Assembly (NCBI RefSeq): GCF_004010195.1
Contig: NC_057719.1
Location: 71,402,831-71,466,830, forward strand
Length of the DNA: 64,000 nt
Direction: 5' to 3'
Source: Chiloscyllium plagiosum
Lineage: Eukaryota
Both the position numbers and the translations under genes were made by a program. The notes under the pieces were generated by a model. The model did no database searches and had not been told where the DNA came from. It saw nothing but the letters and a program-made list of their open reading frames with translations. Position 1 is the first letter of the stretch, and every line of letters begins with the position of its first letter. This document shows positions 13,024-26,814 of the stretch, piece by piece.

Positions 13024-13140
13024 GCTCTCTTGTGGTGCAGTGGTATCATCCCTATACCTGGACCAGAGGCCTGGTTTCAAGCCTCACCTGCTCTAGAGCT
13101 GTGAAAAAAAAAAATCTCTGAACAGGTTGATGAGAAAAAT
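13024..13140 (+). mobile_element. Short tRNA-derived SINE
   Basis: A box tggtgcagtgg and B-box-like ggtttcaagcc; related minus-strand copies at about 3030-3135 and 31690-31890. Confidence 0.55.
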
Positions 13141-13254
13141 AGGTTTAATTACAAAAAATGTAAATGTGACTCCATTCCACAATGTAAAAGACATAGGAAC
13201 CAGTTATGTGAGCAAGTGGTAGTACTGAACCAAAAGATGACTGACAGCAAGTAT

Positions 13255-13387
13255 CCTCATTCCTGAAGAAGGGCTTATGCCCGAAATGTCAATTCTCCTG
13301 TTCCTTGGATGCTGCCTGACCTGCTGCGCTTTTCCAGCAACACATTTTCAGCTCTGATCTCCAGCATCTGCAGTCCTCACTTTCTCT
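13255..13387 (+). mobile_element. Penelope-like pLTR insertion (family A, single arm) in the last prkd1 intron
   Basis: cctgaagaagggcttatgcccgaaatgtc...ccagcatctgcagtcctcactttctc; perfect 13-bp TSD tgacagcaagtat at 13242-13254 and 13388-13400. Confidence 0.85.
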
Positions 13388-13888
13388 TGACAGCAAGTAT
13401 AAACTTGGAACAATCAAATTAAAACTGACTATCAGAAATTATTTTAAAACCTAATCCAGTACACATATTCATATAGCAAAGATGACAACCAGGATAGTTG
13501 TGATCCTGACAGAATGCAAGATTGGACTGAACCTCAATATACACATCTGCACATTCACTCACTTGGTCTTATTCCATCACAGGGAGTGTTAATAACATCC
13601 GAGCCAATTTCAAGTTATAAAATGAGAAGTAGCTAGACCCAAATAGAATGCTGCTTAGTCTCCAAGGTCTCATTCCCAGCACTGGCTTGAATAGGATTAA
13701 CAAAAGCGAATTGAGAGCAATTTAATTATAGAAGCCAACATTTACTAACTATTCCATTCTTGATTTCTACCTTGTAAGCTGGGTGAGACTGATCTGGATG
13801 CAAGATGATATTGCAAAAGCACCTTGAGGCTGGCTTAAGAAATGATAAATAATGCAGAAAAGAATTGTAGAAAAATAAGTAATCTGAC

Positions 13889-13974
13889 CTGCAACCAGGG
13901 GTGACTGAGAGACTTGTCCACACTAAAACGTTTCCTCATTTTCACTTGCAGTAGATTATTGATGACATCAATAG
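13889..13974 (-). CDS. prkd1: Protein kinase D1, coding exon (about exon 17)
   Basis: (A)[28 protein letters not shown]; acceptor tttccag, donor gtcaga; 86 nt; not in the ORF track. Confidence 0.96.
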
Positions 13975-15039
13975 CTGGAAATCAAAAATGCAATCAATTA
14001 CCACGCACGTCTTTTAAATACAGAAAAATAATTGAGGTTCTAAGCTCAGCCACCGAAAATAGAAAATGCACACAAACAAATAAAGCTTCTCTGAAGGGTC
14101 AAGTGTTGGCTCTGTATCTTGACCCTGGGGCTACAGATTTCAAAAGCTATCCATCATCATAATTCAGCTGAATGAACAATCACAAAAAAATACACATTTG
14201 ATATGAATTATAAAGGCTATTTACAAGTGTTTCGGCAGACACAACAATTTCGTTTACCAGTGTGATTGTTACTTATTGTCGTAGTTTGTTCTCAATTTAC
14301 ACTGAGGTCTTATGAAAGAAAAATTTGCTCATAAGAAAGTTAACCAGGAACTCTGATGTAAATGAAAACTGTTGAGGTACACAAGGTTTCTGTTTTAATT
14401 TAGTTTTTTGGAAATGCAGTGAATTATATGTTTTGTAATCACTTCAGGCTGATAGCACCTGTAATGTTAGCAGTTAATTTTGTGTACGATAAATAAAATG
14501 GAATTCCATTATAATTAAGCATTTGTAGCACTGTTTTCAACTGTGCCCCTAGTTCGATCTAATCTAATATATAGTTGTGTGCAGTCACTTTCTGCTATAG
14601 TTGACCAATGAAGGGGAAAATTGCATCCGGTGGTCTTCACTCTGCTCAGTGGATGTTGTGCAAAGACTATTGTTGAGAAATTCAGCATGATCCATATTTT
14701 GGTTCCCACCAAGTTTCTCTAAGGAGCTTGGGATTTCAATTCTCAGAACTCACTGTCATTTAGAAGCTGCAGCAGTAGGAGCACACATTGGAACATGCAC
14801 CAATGTTTAGGGAAGTGATTAGATAATATCTCAGAGGGCTGGAGAAGGAATGGTTGGCCCTCAGGGTAGAATAGGGGACTCTGATGGAATTCAGGAAGAA
14901 ATATGGCTGGGATCTGTAGTACTATTGGGAGAACCTTGCAGGGCAGATGGGAGTCCGTGGCTGAATCTCCCTTTGAGATTCAAAGCTAAATGAGAAATAG
15001 TGAAATATTTTTTATCTTATAATTCCATTCCTGTGCTCA

Positions 15040-15586
<547 letters not shown>

Positions 15587-16191
15587 TTACTAAAATTGTT
15601 ATGCAAGAAATAATACCACCCGTTTATTCAATGTGTACTTTGGGAATAAACAAAATCAAACTTGACTTTGTTCTCAGAAGTGCTCTATAAACATTAAAAA
15701 AGGAAAAATACATAATGTAGAATATAGTGATGTCGTGAGAAATAAAGTGTAGCACAATTCTCCAAAGTGTGCAATGGTTTCACTTTTACATTTCTAAGCA
15801 AGGTATGGGTGCCTGGTTGCTGTGGGATTATGGTATTGACAAGCTGTTTCAGCTTTCTATATGTAAGAATTGTCAAAAGTCAACTCAACTGCACGGTTGA
15901 TAGAGATGTGATGCAACAAAATTAGTCTTCATATTTTGAGATTTCACTAAACTCTTGCTTAAATCTGCTTTTCAACCAACTGACTTAAAAGTGATCCCTC
16001 CAAAACTAGTTTAGTTTTTAACATTTCATTTTTTTCTTTAACATTATTCTCTGCACATCAATTACAAAACATTGACACACAGTGAACAGAACAGACCCGA
16101 AAACTGAACTCTGAGAAACACAAATCATTTTGAATAAAGTTGGCCCAACTCTCTGTCTTCATGTAAACTTTGAATTTAAAAACAATTTATA

Positions 16192-16838
16192 GAAAAATAC
16201 AGCAGTACAGGCCCTTTGGCCCTCGATGTTGCGCCCCAAGTGTCTCAGTCTTTCCTCCTACGATCTTCCTTCCATACCAGGCAACATCCTGGTAAACTTC
16301 CTCTGTACCCGTTCCAGTGCCTCCACATCCTTCCTATAGTATGGCGACCAAAACTGCACACAATATTCCAGATGCGGCTGCACCAGAGTCTTATACAACT
16401 GAACATGATCTCAGGACTCCGGAATTCAATTCCTCTACCAATAAAAGCCAGTACGGCTTATGCCTTCTTCACCGCACTATTTACCTGGGTGGCAACTTTC
16501 AAAGATCTGTGTACGTGGACACCAAGATCCCTCTGCTCATCCACACTACCAAGTATCCGACCGTTAGCCCAGTACCCCATCTTTTTGTTATTCTTCCCAA
16601 AGTGAATCACCTCACATTTAGCTACATTGAACTCCATTTGCCATCTTTCTGCCCAGTTCTGCAGATTATCTTTATCCCGCTGTAACCTGACACATCCTTC
16701 CTCACTGTCAACAACTCCTCCGACTTTCGTATCATCCGCAAATTTGCTCACCCAACCTTCTAGCCCCTCCTCCAGGTCATTTATAAAAATGACAAACAGC
16801 AATGGTCCCAAAACAGATCCTTGCGGAACACCGCTAGT
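16192..16838 (-). mobile_element. Young 5'-truncated CR1 LINE
   Basis: ORF 16458-16811 GPLLFVIFINDL...SKFADDTK...WQMEFNVAKC; CpGs retained; 8-bp TSD aatttata at 16184-16191 and 16839-16846. Confidence 0.92.
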
Positions 16839-17740
16839 AATTTATAATCCAGTTTGGCCACATCCCTCTAAATCTAAACCCTTAACTTTTTCCAGTGACT
16901 TCCCATCTGAACTGTGTCAAACATGCTCCTATGTCCACTGTATTTATCCCACCTACTACATCTTGATTACAGTAATATTGCTTCACAGTCAATGTGCTGA
17001 AAATGTAGGAAATTACTTTCAATCAAGGAGCCAAGGTATTTTTGAAAATGACAGCAGTGTAAGGGTTAATTCAGTTGTTACAACTGTGCTACATGACAAA
17101 GCAATCAAGTCGGCCAAGTAGGATTGACAAGCTTCTATAAAAGGTGAGATTTTTGACTAATGGAAAGAAAAGATAGGACTTCATATTTGTGATACTACTT
17201 AGGCCTAGGTGAAAAACAGCAATGTGAAGGATATGTCATGACTAGCTGGAAGGAAACACAAATGAGATAACCAGAAATAACTTGAGGAACATGTGCAGAA
17301 AATATTACAAAGTAGTTTGAACATCACTGAAATTTCTTAGTACTCTGAAGATTAGACCTACAGCGAGCACAGGTGGTGTCCAAGGTCGAACTTGATTTTA
17401 GAAAAGTAATCAAGACTAACGACAAGCCCTATAATGTGAATTCAGAAGTGACTGAGCTTCTCTCTAGTTTTGACTGAAGAGATTATTGCTCAAAATGGAT
17501 TGCATATTATGTCCCATATATAGGCTTTTTAATATTACACATCCTCTCATGTAAAGTCAGTGTTAGGGATATTTTTAAAGCAGATTTCCTTCACTTTCGC
17601 TGCAGGCTGGATGTTAATTTTGCCAACTGATTAAAAAGAATACAGTGAAAATGCACCTGTAATATTACTAATGGTCCTATTTACATCTCTGTTTTGAATA
17701 TTGTGTTTTTAATCAGCTTGTCCTTGTAAGCATCACATAC

Positions 17741-17902
17741 CTGCGTAATAAGAAACTTTGTTATACGTTCTGGCAGACGTCCTTTCTCGCTTGACAGGAT
17801 CACTTCTAGCATGTCTCCATGGAGCTTTTCCATGACAACAAACACTCTTTCGGGAGTCTCAAACATGCATTCCAAATTCACCACGCCAGGGTGATGCAGA
17901 TT
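17741..17902 (-). CDS. prkd1: Protein kinase D1, coding exon (about exon 14)
   Basis: [54 protein letters not shown]; acceptor cacctag, donor gtatgt; 162 nt. Confidence 0.97.
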
Positions 17903-18357
17903 CTAGGTGAAGAAACTATACCTATGAGAAGATGTTCTTTGCCACAGACAATAAAATAATACAGTATCCATTAAATTAGCTGTCTGAGTATGGGTGCGGA
18001 GAAGTTAAATGCACTGCCCAGTTCACTGGCTGAAGTGGAAACCCTCAACACATGCAAAAGGAACCTGAAGTGCTGTAGCCTGCAAGGCTGCAGACCAGGT
18101 GCTGAGAAGTGAGATTGGATGGGCAGCAAGTTTGTTCAGTCAGTGCAGATACGGTGGACTGAATGGCCTCTCTCAGTGCTGTAACTTTTCTATGATTCTA
18201 TGGTTCTTTCAGTAAGATTTAAGACTGCAAAACCAATTAATTTTAGCCTGGTTCTCAAAGACAAAAGGATGACGTGTTAACACTCTGTGGTGGTGCTCCT
18301 CCAACTCTCACCCACTCCCAGCACACCCACTCACACGACTAACTCTGGTGCTTCTCA

Positions 18358-18525
<168 letters not shown>

Positions 18526-18879
18526 TCAAGCTTTAAATGTGGACTGCAATAGTGGAACATTTGTTTTTCTTGTGATATTTAAGTTGTCGATTTGCGTTTC
18601 TAGCCCCCTCCAGCTCTCTTTGGTTATCATTTGTGAAGCAACGGGAACCTTGGGCAACTGGTCACTATTAATGTGGAAATCTGGCACTTATTTTTTAATC
18701 TGTCAGGCTGGAGAAGCAGTTATATACTTCCATTTTGAGGTTATTTTGAGATGAATAGATTTCTAGCTACTAGTGATATCAAGGAAGATTGTTGGGGGGT
18801 ATAGTGATGAGGTAGACAATCAGCCATGATCTGGAATGGTGGAGCAAGCTTGAGGGGCTGAATGGCCTACTCCTACAAC

Positions 18880-19370
18880 CCTAACAACTCATTCAACAGC
18901 TTCAGTTGGTGCAGTCTGAATGGTTGTGACATCATTAGGAAAGGATCTCTCAGGGCAGAAACTCAGTACATGTGCAAAGGTTTGATGTGGATGAACACAA
19001 GTCACAATTTGACCTGTGCCCCATGTTCCACTTCTGGAGCAGATAGCCACATCTTCCCTGGCCCATTTCAAGTGTTGGAGGATTGTCCTTATTTCCTGTG
19101 GAAAATTGAAACATGAGACTTCATCCCATGGGGCAATGTTTGCAATCAGGTGCAACACAGAGAGATGCGGCTGTAAATAGCTTGTAGGTTATGGAATGTG
19201 TTTCACGAGGGGCTACAGGATTACAAATGTATGGGGTGGTATTTTGAGGCCTGGGATTAATGCCAGTGTTTTCTCAGGTGTTCTTTATAGATATCAGGAT
19301 GTTCAATGTGTGCTAACACTGGAAGCCAGAGGTAGTCTCCATGACTTCCTAGATGTGGATATCCACACAA
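18880..19370 (-). mobile_element. Vingi/Ingi-like LINE 3' remnant
   Basis: ORF 18889-19158 keeps IANIAP and C-x-HPHQTFAHVLSFCPERSF, resembling the terminal CCHC motif of this clade; clade assignment from memory. Confidence 0.5.
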
Positions 19371-19499
19371 GTGAGTACAAGAAAACTATTGCACATTTCA
19401 TCAAGCGTATTTATTATGTCAGTGAATTGATTGTTTTGTTTTAACCTGTCAAAATTTCTTGTAGACATTTTACACCAAATAGCCTAAAAAAAAAGATTA

Positions 19500-19935
19500 T
19501 GGACATAGGAACATACGAATTAGGAGCAGGAGTTGGCCAGGCCCCTAATAGCTACTGCACCATTCAATAAAGTCATGAAGGATCGGAATGCAACCTCAAT
19601 TCCACACTCTGTCTATTTCTGAGAACTTTTGACTCTCTTGTCAGTGAAGTACGTATCTACCTCTGGTTTAAAAGAATTTGATGATCCTGTCTCCATCACG
19701 TTCTGGGAAAGAGAATTCTAAAGACTCATGACCCTCTGAGAGAAAATAATGCTCCTCTGTTCCAACTTAAATAGGTGACACCTTATTTGTGATCTGTATC
19801 CCCTGATTCTAGTTATCTTTTTGACATCTACTCTGTCAATTCCTCTCAGAATTTGATATGCTTCAATACGATTACCTCTCATTCTTCTAAATTTGTAAAG
19901 GATACAAGCCAGCCTCTCTACATTTTCCTCATAAC
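19500..19935 (-). mobile_element. CR1 LINE 3' fragment
   Basis: Tail acataggaacatacgaattaggagcaggag and CR1 ORF2 end. Confidence 0.75.
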
Positions 19936-21161
19936 ACTCTGAAATGTTTCTATATTATTTTGCCTCTCTTTCAGTGGAGACCGTTCAAAGAATCAGTCAT
20001 ACTAAAGAGCTAAACAGAACAATCACACTGATACGAAATGAAGCTGAGTGCATGTGTTGCCAAAGAAATCCTTATCTGATTGGAAATCAATGCACCTATG
20101 CCAATCTCTGTGTCAATGACCCAACTAGTAAAGGGCCTGAGGAACAATTTCTATGAATAGACATTGTTAAAAGTAAACCTCTTGGAATTTAGAAACACAT
20201 ACAGTGACTGTCATTAAACACCCTCATTGATGGTAATTGTCCTTTAGTATAAGGTAAACTACATTTTAAAAGTTAATCATGAGTGGAAGAACACATTTTT
20301 TGATGACTGCCTGGTCTGTTGTTATTCTTCATCAGTACATAGCTATTTGGCAATTGTTACATGTTTTCTTGTGTTGCCTTGAAATGGAATATAAAAATGC
20401 CTGATTTTCTAGTCTTGTGATTTCATCCACTTGGGTTCTAAGTTTTAGAAGCTGAAATTCCTATTCAATATCAATGCAGACAGTAGCAAGACCACAAGAA
20501 TAACAATGTATTTGGCATTATAACAGATTTAGTACAGCAAAAAAACAATCACAAGCATTTCTTTGTTTGGTATATTGTGATGGATAAATTCTTAATTATA
20601 GAATTGAACTAAGAAATTAAGCTGATAAATAATTCTTCCTGTAAAACTTTCATCTAATATCTACAGACTGCAAAAAACACTGTACTAACTCCCCATCATG
20701 TGATTAATGTTGACTTATAGAAAAATGTAAAACCTTTCCTCCCACATCTTTTGCATCACTTGATACAACTGTCAAGCTCTTCACATTAACACACTAACAG
20801 AAGAATTGGCTCATAAAAGCAAAGTGATCGCCCAGGTTAAAGATTCACTTTACAATCCATATTTGTTCTCTCACAGACCATAAAATATCATTTATAATGT
20901 AGTAGCAATTGTCTTATACTACTTACTGGAGACAAATACCCTTGTGGAAAAAGAACAATTACAGATCACATTAAATGTAGATAGTGCGACAGGTTGTGTA
21001 CTTCACAATGGGTTTTGTTCCATGAATGAAGAAATTAAAGTTTACAGATTATTTTAAAAATGCAAATCGCTCATCATAAAATAGTTACTTCCAACTGAGT
21101 GAGTGTCGTTCGGATATAGTTGTTCATTTACCTGTGTCTGTAATCACGATTGATGCTCTTA

Positions 21162-21326
<165 letters not shown>

Positions 21327-21489
21327 TCATTACTGAGAAAATCACATTTAAATTACAAACTCTGCATTTAATCCTAAAACGCGAAAATTTAAGCTCTCAT
21401 ACATTGTTGTCAAATATTGTTCATCTCCAACACTGAATAATATTTTACAGCACACAAGGGCAAAAGGTTTCATAAGCTATATATAATGA

Positions 21490-21900
21490 TCATCAGCCAT
21501 GTTCCCCAGGGTTTATTACTAAGACCACTACTGTTTTTGATACATTAATGATTAGGACTGGGAGTGCTGGGCAAAATTTCAAACATTGCAGCTGAAATGA
21601 AACTTGATATGTAGTAAACTGTGCAGATGCTAGTGATAGACTTTAAGATGACATTGGCAGGCTGGTGAATGGGCAGACACATGGCAAATGAAATTCAATG
21701 AAGAAATTTCTGTAGAAAGCATGAGGAGAATGAAAACAGGCTAAATGGCATAATTTGAAAGGGAACACAGGAACAGAGAGTGCTTACATGCAAAGTTTGA
21801 AAGTGGCAGGTCAGGTTAATAAAGCATTTCAGATCCTGAACTTTAGAAGTAGAGAAAGAGTACAAAAGCCAGCAAGTTTCACTAAACACTAACTGGGGCA
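21490..21900 (+). mobile_element. CR1 RT fragment, highly degraded
   Basis: gttccccagggt...tacattaatgatt...tggcaaatgaaattcaatg, equivalent to the VPQG, YIND and WQMKFN motifs. Confidence 0.65.
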
Positions 21901-22486
21901 TCTTATGGGGTCTGCAGGAGTGGGAAATGTGGCTGGTGGGGTGATTTAGTTAGGTCGGAGCTCAAATTTCATTCTTCTGATGGAAACTTCAAGTTGAGAA
22001 ATTAAGTTAGGTGTGTGTTTGGCAGATTGCACCTGATACTGTTTCATGCCAGACTCTTACACATTTGCATTCCATGAATACTTATTTTGTTAAAACCGTT
22101 TGCAGTCATATCCTACCTTCACGATCAGGTCAGTGTGTCTTGTTTTATGGCATACTGCTCATGTTTGGTGGCACGCAGTAGTTGACTTTGGTCTGAGGTC
22201 AGTGGTTTTGTTTCTTAGAATTCTGCAGCACATGGAAGGGCACAGGAAAATGGCAGCTTCCATACAGACTCAGGACTGAGAAGAGAGAGTCAGTGGTAGG
22301 CATGGGGTGGCAACAGTGGGGTCAGGGAGATAAAGAAATAAATTGGGAAGTGCCTGGCTTCCAGGATGTAGGAAGGGAACTGGGAATAATTAGTCAATGA
22401 AGAAAAATAGTACTACTGAAATGGGGGTCCATCTCAGGATGTTGGCCAAAGAATCCCCACAGGATTTTGAGTTCTTCTGTAACATT

Positions 22487-22744
22487 GTGGGCGGCACGGT
22501 GGCACAGTGGTTAGCACTGCTGCCTCACAGCGCCAGAGNNNNNNNNNNNNNNNNNNNNNNNNNNNNNNNNNNNNNNNNNNNNNNNNNNNNTACAGGTCAG
22601 GTGAATTGGCCATGCTAAATTGCCCGTAGTGTTAGGTAAGGGGTACATGTAGGGGTATGGGTGGGTTGCGCTTCGGCGGGGCGGTGTGGACTTGTTGGGC
22701 CGAAGGGCCTGTTTCCACACTGTAAGTAATCTAATCTAATCTAA
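22487..22744 (+). mobile_element. HE1-like V-SINE (young), interrupted by an assembly gap
   Basis: tRNA-type head gtgggcggcacggtggcacagtggttagcactgctgcctcacagc, CR1-type tail and (taatc)n end; nearly identical to 44781-45104; Ns at 22539-22590. Confidence 0.9.
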
Positions 22745-23249
22745 AAATTTCAAATAACTCCCCAACCACCTCAAGAGTTATTTACAGTCCTTTACAATAC
22801 AAAGAAGGGAGGGCTAGCTGCATCTGCAAATTCACCTTTGTCCCACAGATTGGTAATGGCAAAACTGAGCACTAACATGAATATTCAAAACAGAGTGAGT
22901 GCTAAAATGCAACATTGTTTCTTGTACAATAATGACAATATCTCTTAACTCCCCTGTAATCAGCAAGGCCTGCCAACTACGAGATGTGTCACAGCTTAGC
23001 TCTGTGACTAAGCTCGCCTCAATAATTAACGACGTTGCACACATGAATAAAGTGAAATCAGTGTAATGTGAAATGGTTACAAGTGAAAGCTTAATCCAGA
23101 AAATACCCACGCCAACATGAGGTTCTCAGTAGGTCTTGTGTTAGTAGCAATGGAGCTGAGCAGGAAAAGGCCATGATGAACAGTCAGAAGGCTCTTTTAT
23201 AGGCAAAGTGTCAGGATTCAGGTAAAACTCTGCCCTAGGTTTGCCCAGC

Positions 23250-23760
23250 TGCAGTATAATGTTCAATTCTGGGTTCCACACCACAGGGAGGAGGTGAGAC
23301 TCTTGAGAAGATACATAAGAGATTTACTATTAAGGTTCCAGGAATGAGGGATGATATTCACAGGGATGGATTAGAGAAGTCCTTCCAGGACAGAATGCTG
23401 AGAGCACAGTGGAGGGAGGTATTTAAAATCATGAAGAACTTAGAAGAAGTAAATAAAGAGACACTGATTCTAATGGGTGGAAAATTAAGATGTGGGTAAC
23501 AAATTTAAGGGGATTGGCAAAGGAATGAGAAATAATATAAGGAAAATCTTTTTATGCAAGTGCTTGGGGATTTGCAAGTTGTTGGATATGAGTACAATAG
23601 GAGCTTTCAAAAGAGAAATGAATAAATACTTGAAACATAAAATAATCAGTGATCTGTGGAAAGATTGGGTAAGAGAATAAGCTAAATTGCTCTTTGGAAA
23701 AGTTTGTGTAGACACAATGGTCTGAAGGAGCTCCTATGTGCTGTTCTATTCTGATGTTTT
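23250..23760 (+). mobile_element. CR1 LINE 3' fragment, degraded
   Basis: gttcaattctgg...gtatttaaaatcatgaag...ctgttctattct tail. Confidence 0.65.
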
Positions 23761-25169
23761 TTTAACTTAAACAGGCATTGCTTAAATGAAAATATAAATG
23801 GAAACATTTTACAAAGGTTGAAACTATATAACATATAACCTAAGGTGTTATAAAAGGTGCTTTTCAATTTTAAAATCACAAGTCATAATGTTTCATGAAT
23901 AGATATTATTTTCAGTGCTCCCTTTAAAATATATTTCATACCACTTTGCATTTTTAGTTTGAAGTCAACTAAATAAAGCTAATTCATTTTGAAGCATTGC
24001 AGTTTAGTTGCATTTTTTTACTCTCAGGATATCAGCTGAAAATGTAATAGATGGGTGTGAAGCAGTCAGTTGTTTAATGTGTTAAAATCACCAACGCAAC
24101 TCATTGAAGACAACGTCACTCATCTGTCTTAAAATCATCCTCACCCATCAAATATAAATAGGAATGTGACATTTGGCTACTATGTACGCTTATAGTGCCC
24201 CAATCACATTCCTCAGTATAAAAAGCACCTTTTTCAAGTTAAGAGTATTTTTGATGAAATGACGAGAGGAAAACGTAGTGTGATTTAGCGTGATTCATTT
24301 CCCAGAATGATGATGTTTTTTACAGAGATGGTAATGCCAACGATAAATCCACCACCTATTTTAAATTTGCTGTCACTTTTACATTAGTTTTAAACAAATG
24401 GCAGATGGATCATTTGTTCAGCCACAGCACAGGGCATGTCATTGCTGAAACTGCCTGCCCCCACACAGGCCCTGATACTGGGAGGTGGGGGCCAGGATTG
24501 ACTGAGTGGGCGAGGAGAAGGGTAAACATGGAGTGGATTATTTTGAGTAGGTTACAAGGAACCGGAACAGAAAATATCCCACAGCTTGACCACAAGACTG
24601 CCTTGTTTCACCTGATGGGATAGACACTTGGCACCAACCATCCCATGCCATTCAAAAAATATCCATGGAGGCGGGCGAATGACAGGCACAGTGCAGCTAC
24701 CTTTGTTATTATTCACTCATGTGCATTGCTGACTGGTCAGCATTTATTGCCCATCCCAACTCGCCCTTGATAAGGTGATGGTGAGCTGTCTTTTTGAACC
24801 GATGTCCACCTGCTGTGGGTTGACCTGCCACATCTAGTTGCAAATGTGGGGGGATAATTAAACAACTCACTGGAGAAGAAATATCCCCATCCTCACTAAT
24901 GAATGAGACCAACTCATCAGTGCAAACAAAAAGCCTGAAGCATTCGCAGCTATATAAATACAGTGGCTTCAAAACCTGGTCAGAGGCTAGGAATACTGTG
25001 CAGAGTAACTCACCTCCTGACTCCCTAAATCCTGTCCACCATCTACAAAACACAAAGGAGGAAACTCCAGGATTCTGACCCAGTAACAGTGAAGGCATGA
25101 CGATATATTCCCAAGTCAGGAGGGTGACTGACTTGGAGGGGAACTTGACGGTGGTGATGCTCCCATGTA

Positions 25170-25435
25170 TTAGATTAGATTACTTTAGATTACATTAGAT
25201 TACTTTACAGTGTGGAAACAGGCTCTTCGGCCCAACAAGTCCACACCGACCCGTCGAAGCGCAACCCACCCATTCCCCTACATTTACCCCTTACCTAACA
25301 CTACGGACAATTTAGCATGGCCAATTCACCTTACCTGCACATCTTTGGACTGTGGGAGGAAACCGGAGCACCTGGAGGAAACCCACGCAGACACGGGGAG
25401 AATGTGCAAACTCCACACAGTCAGGCGCCTGAGGC
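25170..25435 (-). mobile_element. HE1-like V-SINE, 5'-truncated, young
   Basis: Reverse complement nearly identical to 44850-45104, with an expanded (taatc/taatg) tail. Confidence 0.9.
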
Positions 25436-26140
25436 CCTTGACTTCTAGATGAAATGTTTGTGGGTTTGGAAGGAGCTGTCTAAGGGTCTTTGGTAAATTT
25501 CTGCAATGCTGCTCCTGAATGTCAGTGGTGGAGGGAGTGGATGCTTGTGGATATAGTGCCAATCAAGAGGGCTGCTTTGTTCTGGATGGTATCTTGCTTC
25601 TTGAATGTTGTTGGAGCTGCAGCCATTCAGTCAAGTAGAGAGTACTTCATCACACTCCTGACTTATGCATTGTAGATAGTGGACAGGATGTAGGGAGTCA
25701 GGAGGTGAGTTACTCGGCACAGTATTCCTAGCCTCTGACTAGCTCTTGTAGCTATTTTATTTATATATCTGCAAATACTTCAGGCTTTGTGTTTGCACTG
25801 ATGAGTTGGTCTTTTCCATTAGTGAGGATGGGGATCTTAGTGGAGCCTCCTCCTCCAGTGAGTTGTTTACTTGTCTCTCACCATTCACATTTGGATGTGG
25901 CAGGACTTCAGAATGCCACATGTAATTAGTTCTGTCAGGTAGATTCACCAGGCTGACACACCAATTTTGAATATGCCTGGTACTGCTCCCTCTTGCACTC
26001 TTCATTAAACCAGGCCATGAAGTTACAAACTGTGCTGGAGTACAATTCTGCTGTTGATGCCCTGCAGTGCCTCATGGATGCCCAGTCTTGAGTTGCTAGA
26101 TCTGTTTGAAGTCTGTCCCATTTAGCATGGTGTTAGGGCA

Positions 26141-26445
26141 ATGCAGCATGGTGGAGGGAAGTGGTTAGTGCTGCCTCACAGCTCCAGGTATCCTGGTTCA
26201 ATTACAGCCTGTGTGAAATTTGCATGTCCTCCCCGTATGTGCATGTATTTCCTCCGGGTGCTCCAGTTTTCTTTCCATAGTCCAAAGATGTGCAGGTTTG
26301 GTGGATTAACTATGGGAAATTGAGGGTTACAGGGATAGAGAGGGTAGGGAGGTGGGTCCGGGTGGGTGTTCTTCATTGGGTCGGTGCAGTCTTGATGTGG
26401 TGAAAGCCCTCTATCTGCACTATAGGGAATCCACGATTCTATGAG
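26141..26445 (+). mobile_element. HE1-like V-SINE, older subfamily
   Basis: gtggttagtgctgcctcacagc...ctgtgtgaaatttgcatgtcctcccc...tccaaagatgtgcagg V-domain. Related degraded copies at 29305-29600, 37240-37412, 47764-48095 and 48645-48750. Confidence 0.8.
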
Positions 26446-26814
26446 GGTGTACTCAATGTGAATGTGAGACTTTGACTCTAGAAGGCTGTGCAATGGTCAC
26501 TGTTACTGATTCTATCAGGGACAGATGGTAAGGCTGAGGTCAAGTATTTTCTTCCACGTGTTGGTTCCCTCACCCAATTTGTCAGCTATGCCTTTTAGGA
26601 CCCAACCAGGTTCATCAGTGATACTGCTACTGAGCCACTCTTGGTAGTGGGCACTGGAATTTCATACCCAGAGTACTTTTTGTGCTCTTGCTACCCTCAA
26701 TGTTTCCTCCAGGTCTTGTTCAACATGGAGGAGTACTGATTCATCAGTGAAAGATGGTAGTTCTATGGTAATCAGCAGGAGGTTTCCTTGCCCATGTTTA
26801 ACTTGGAGCCATGA

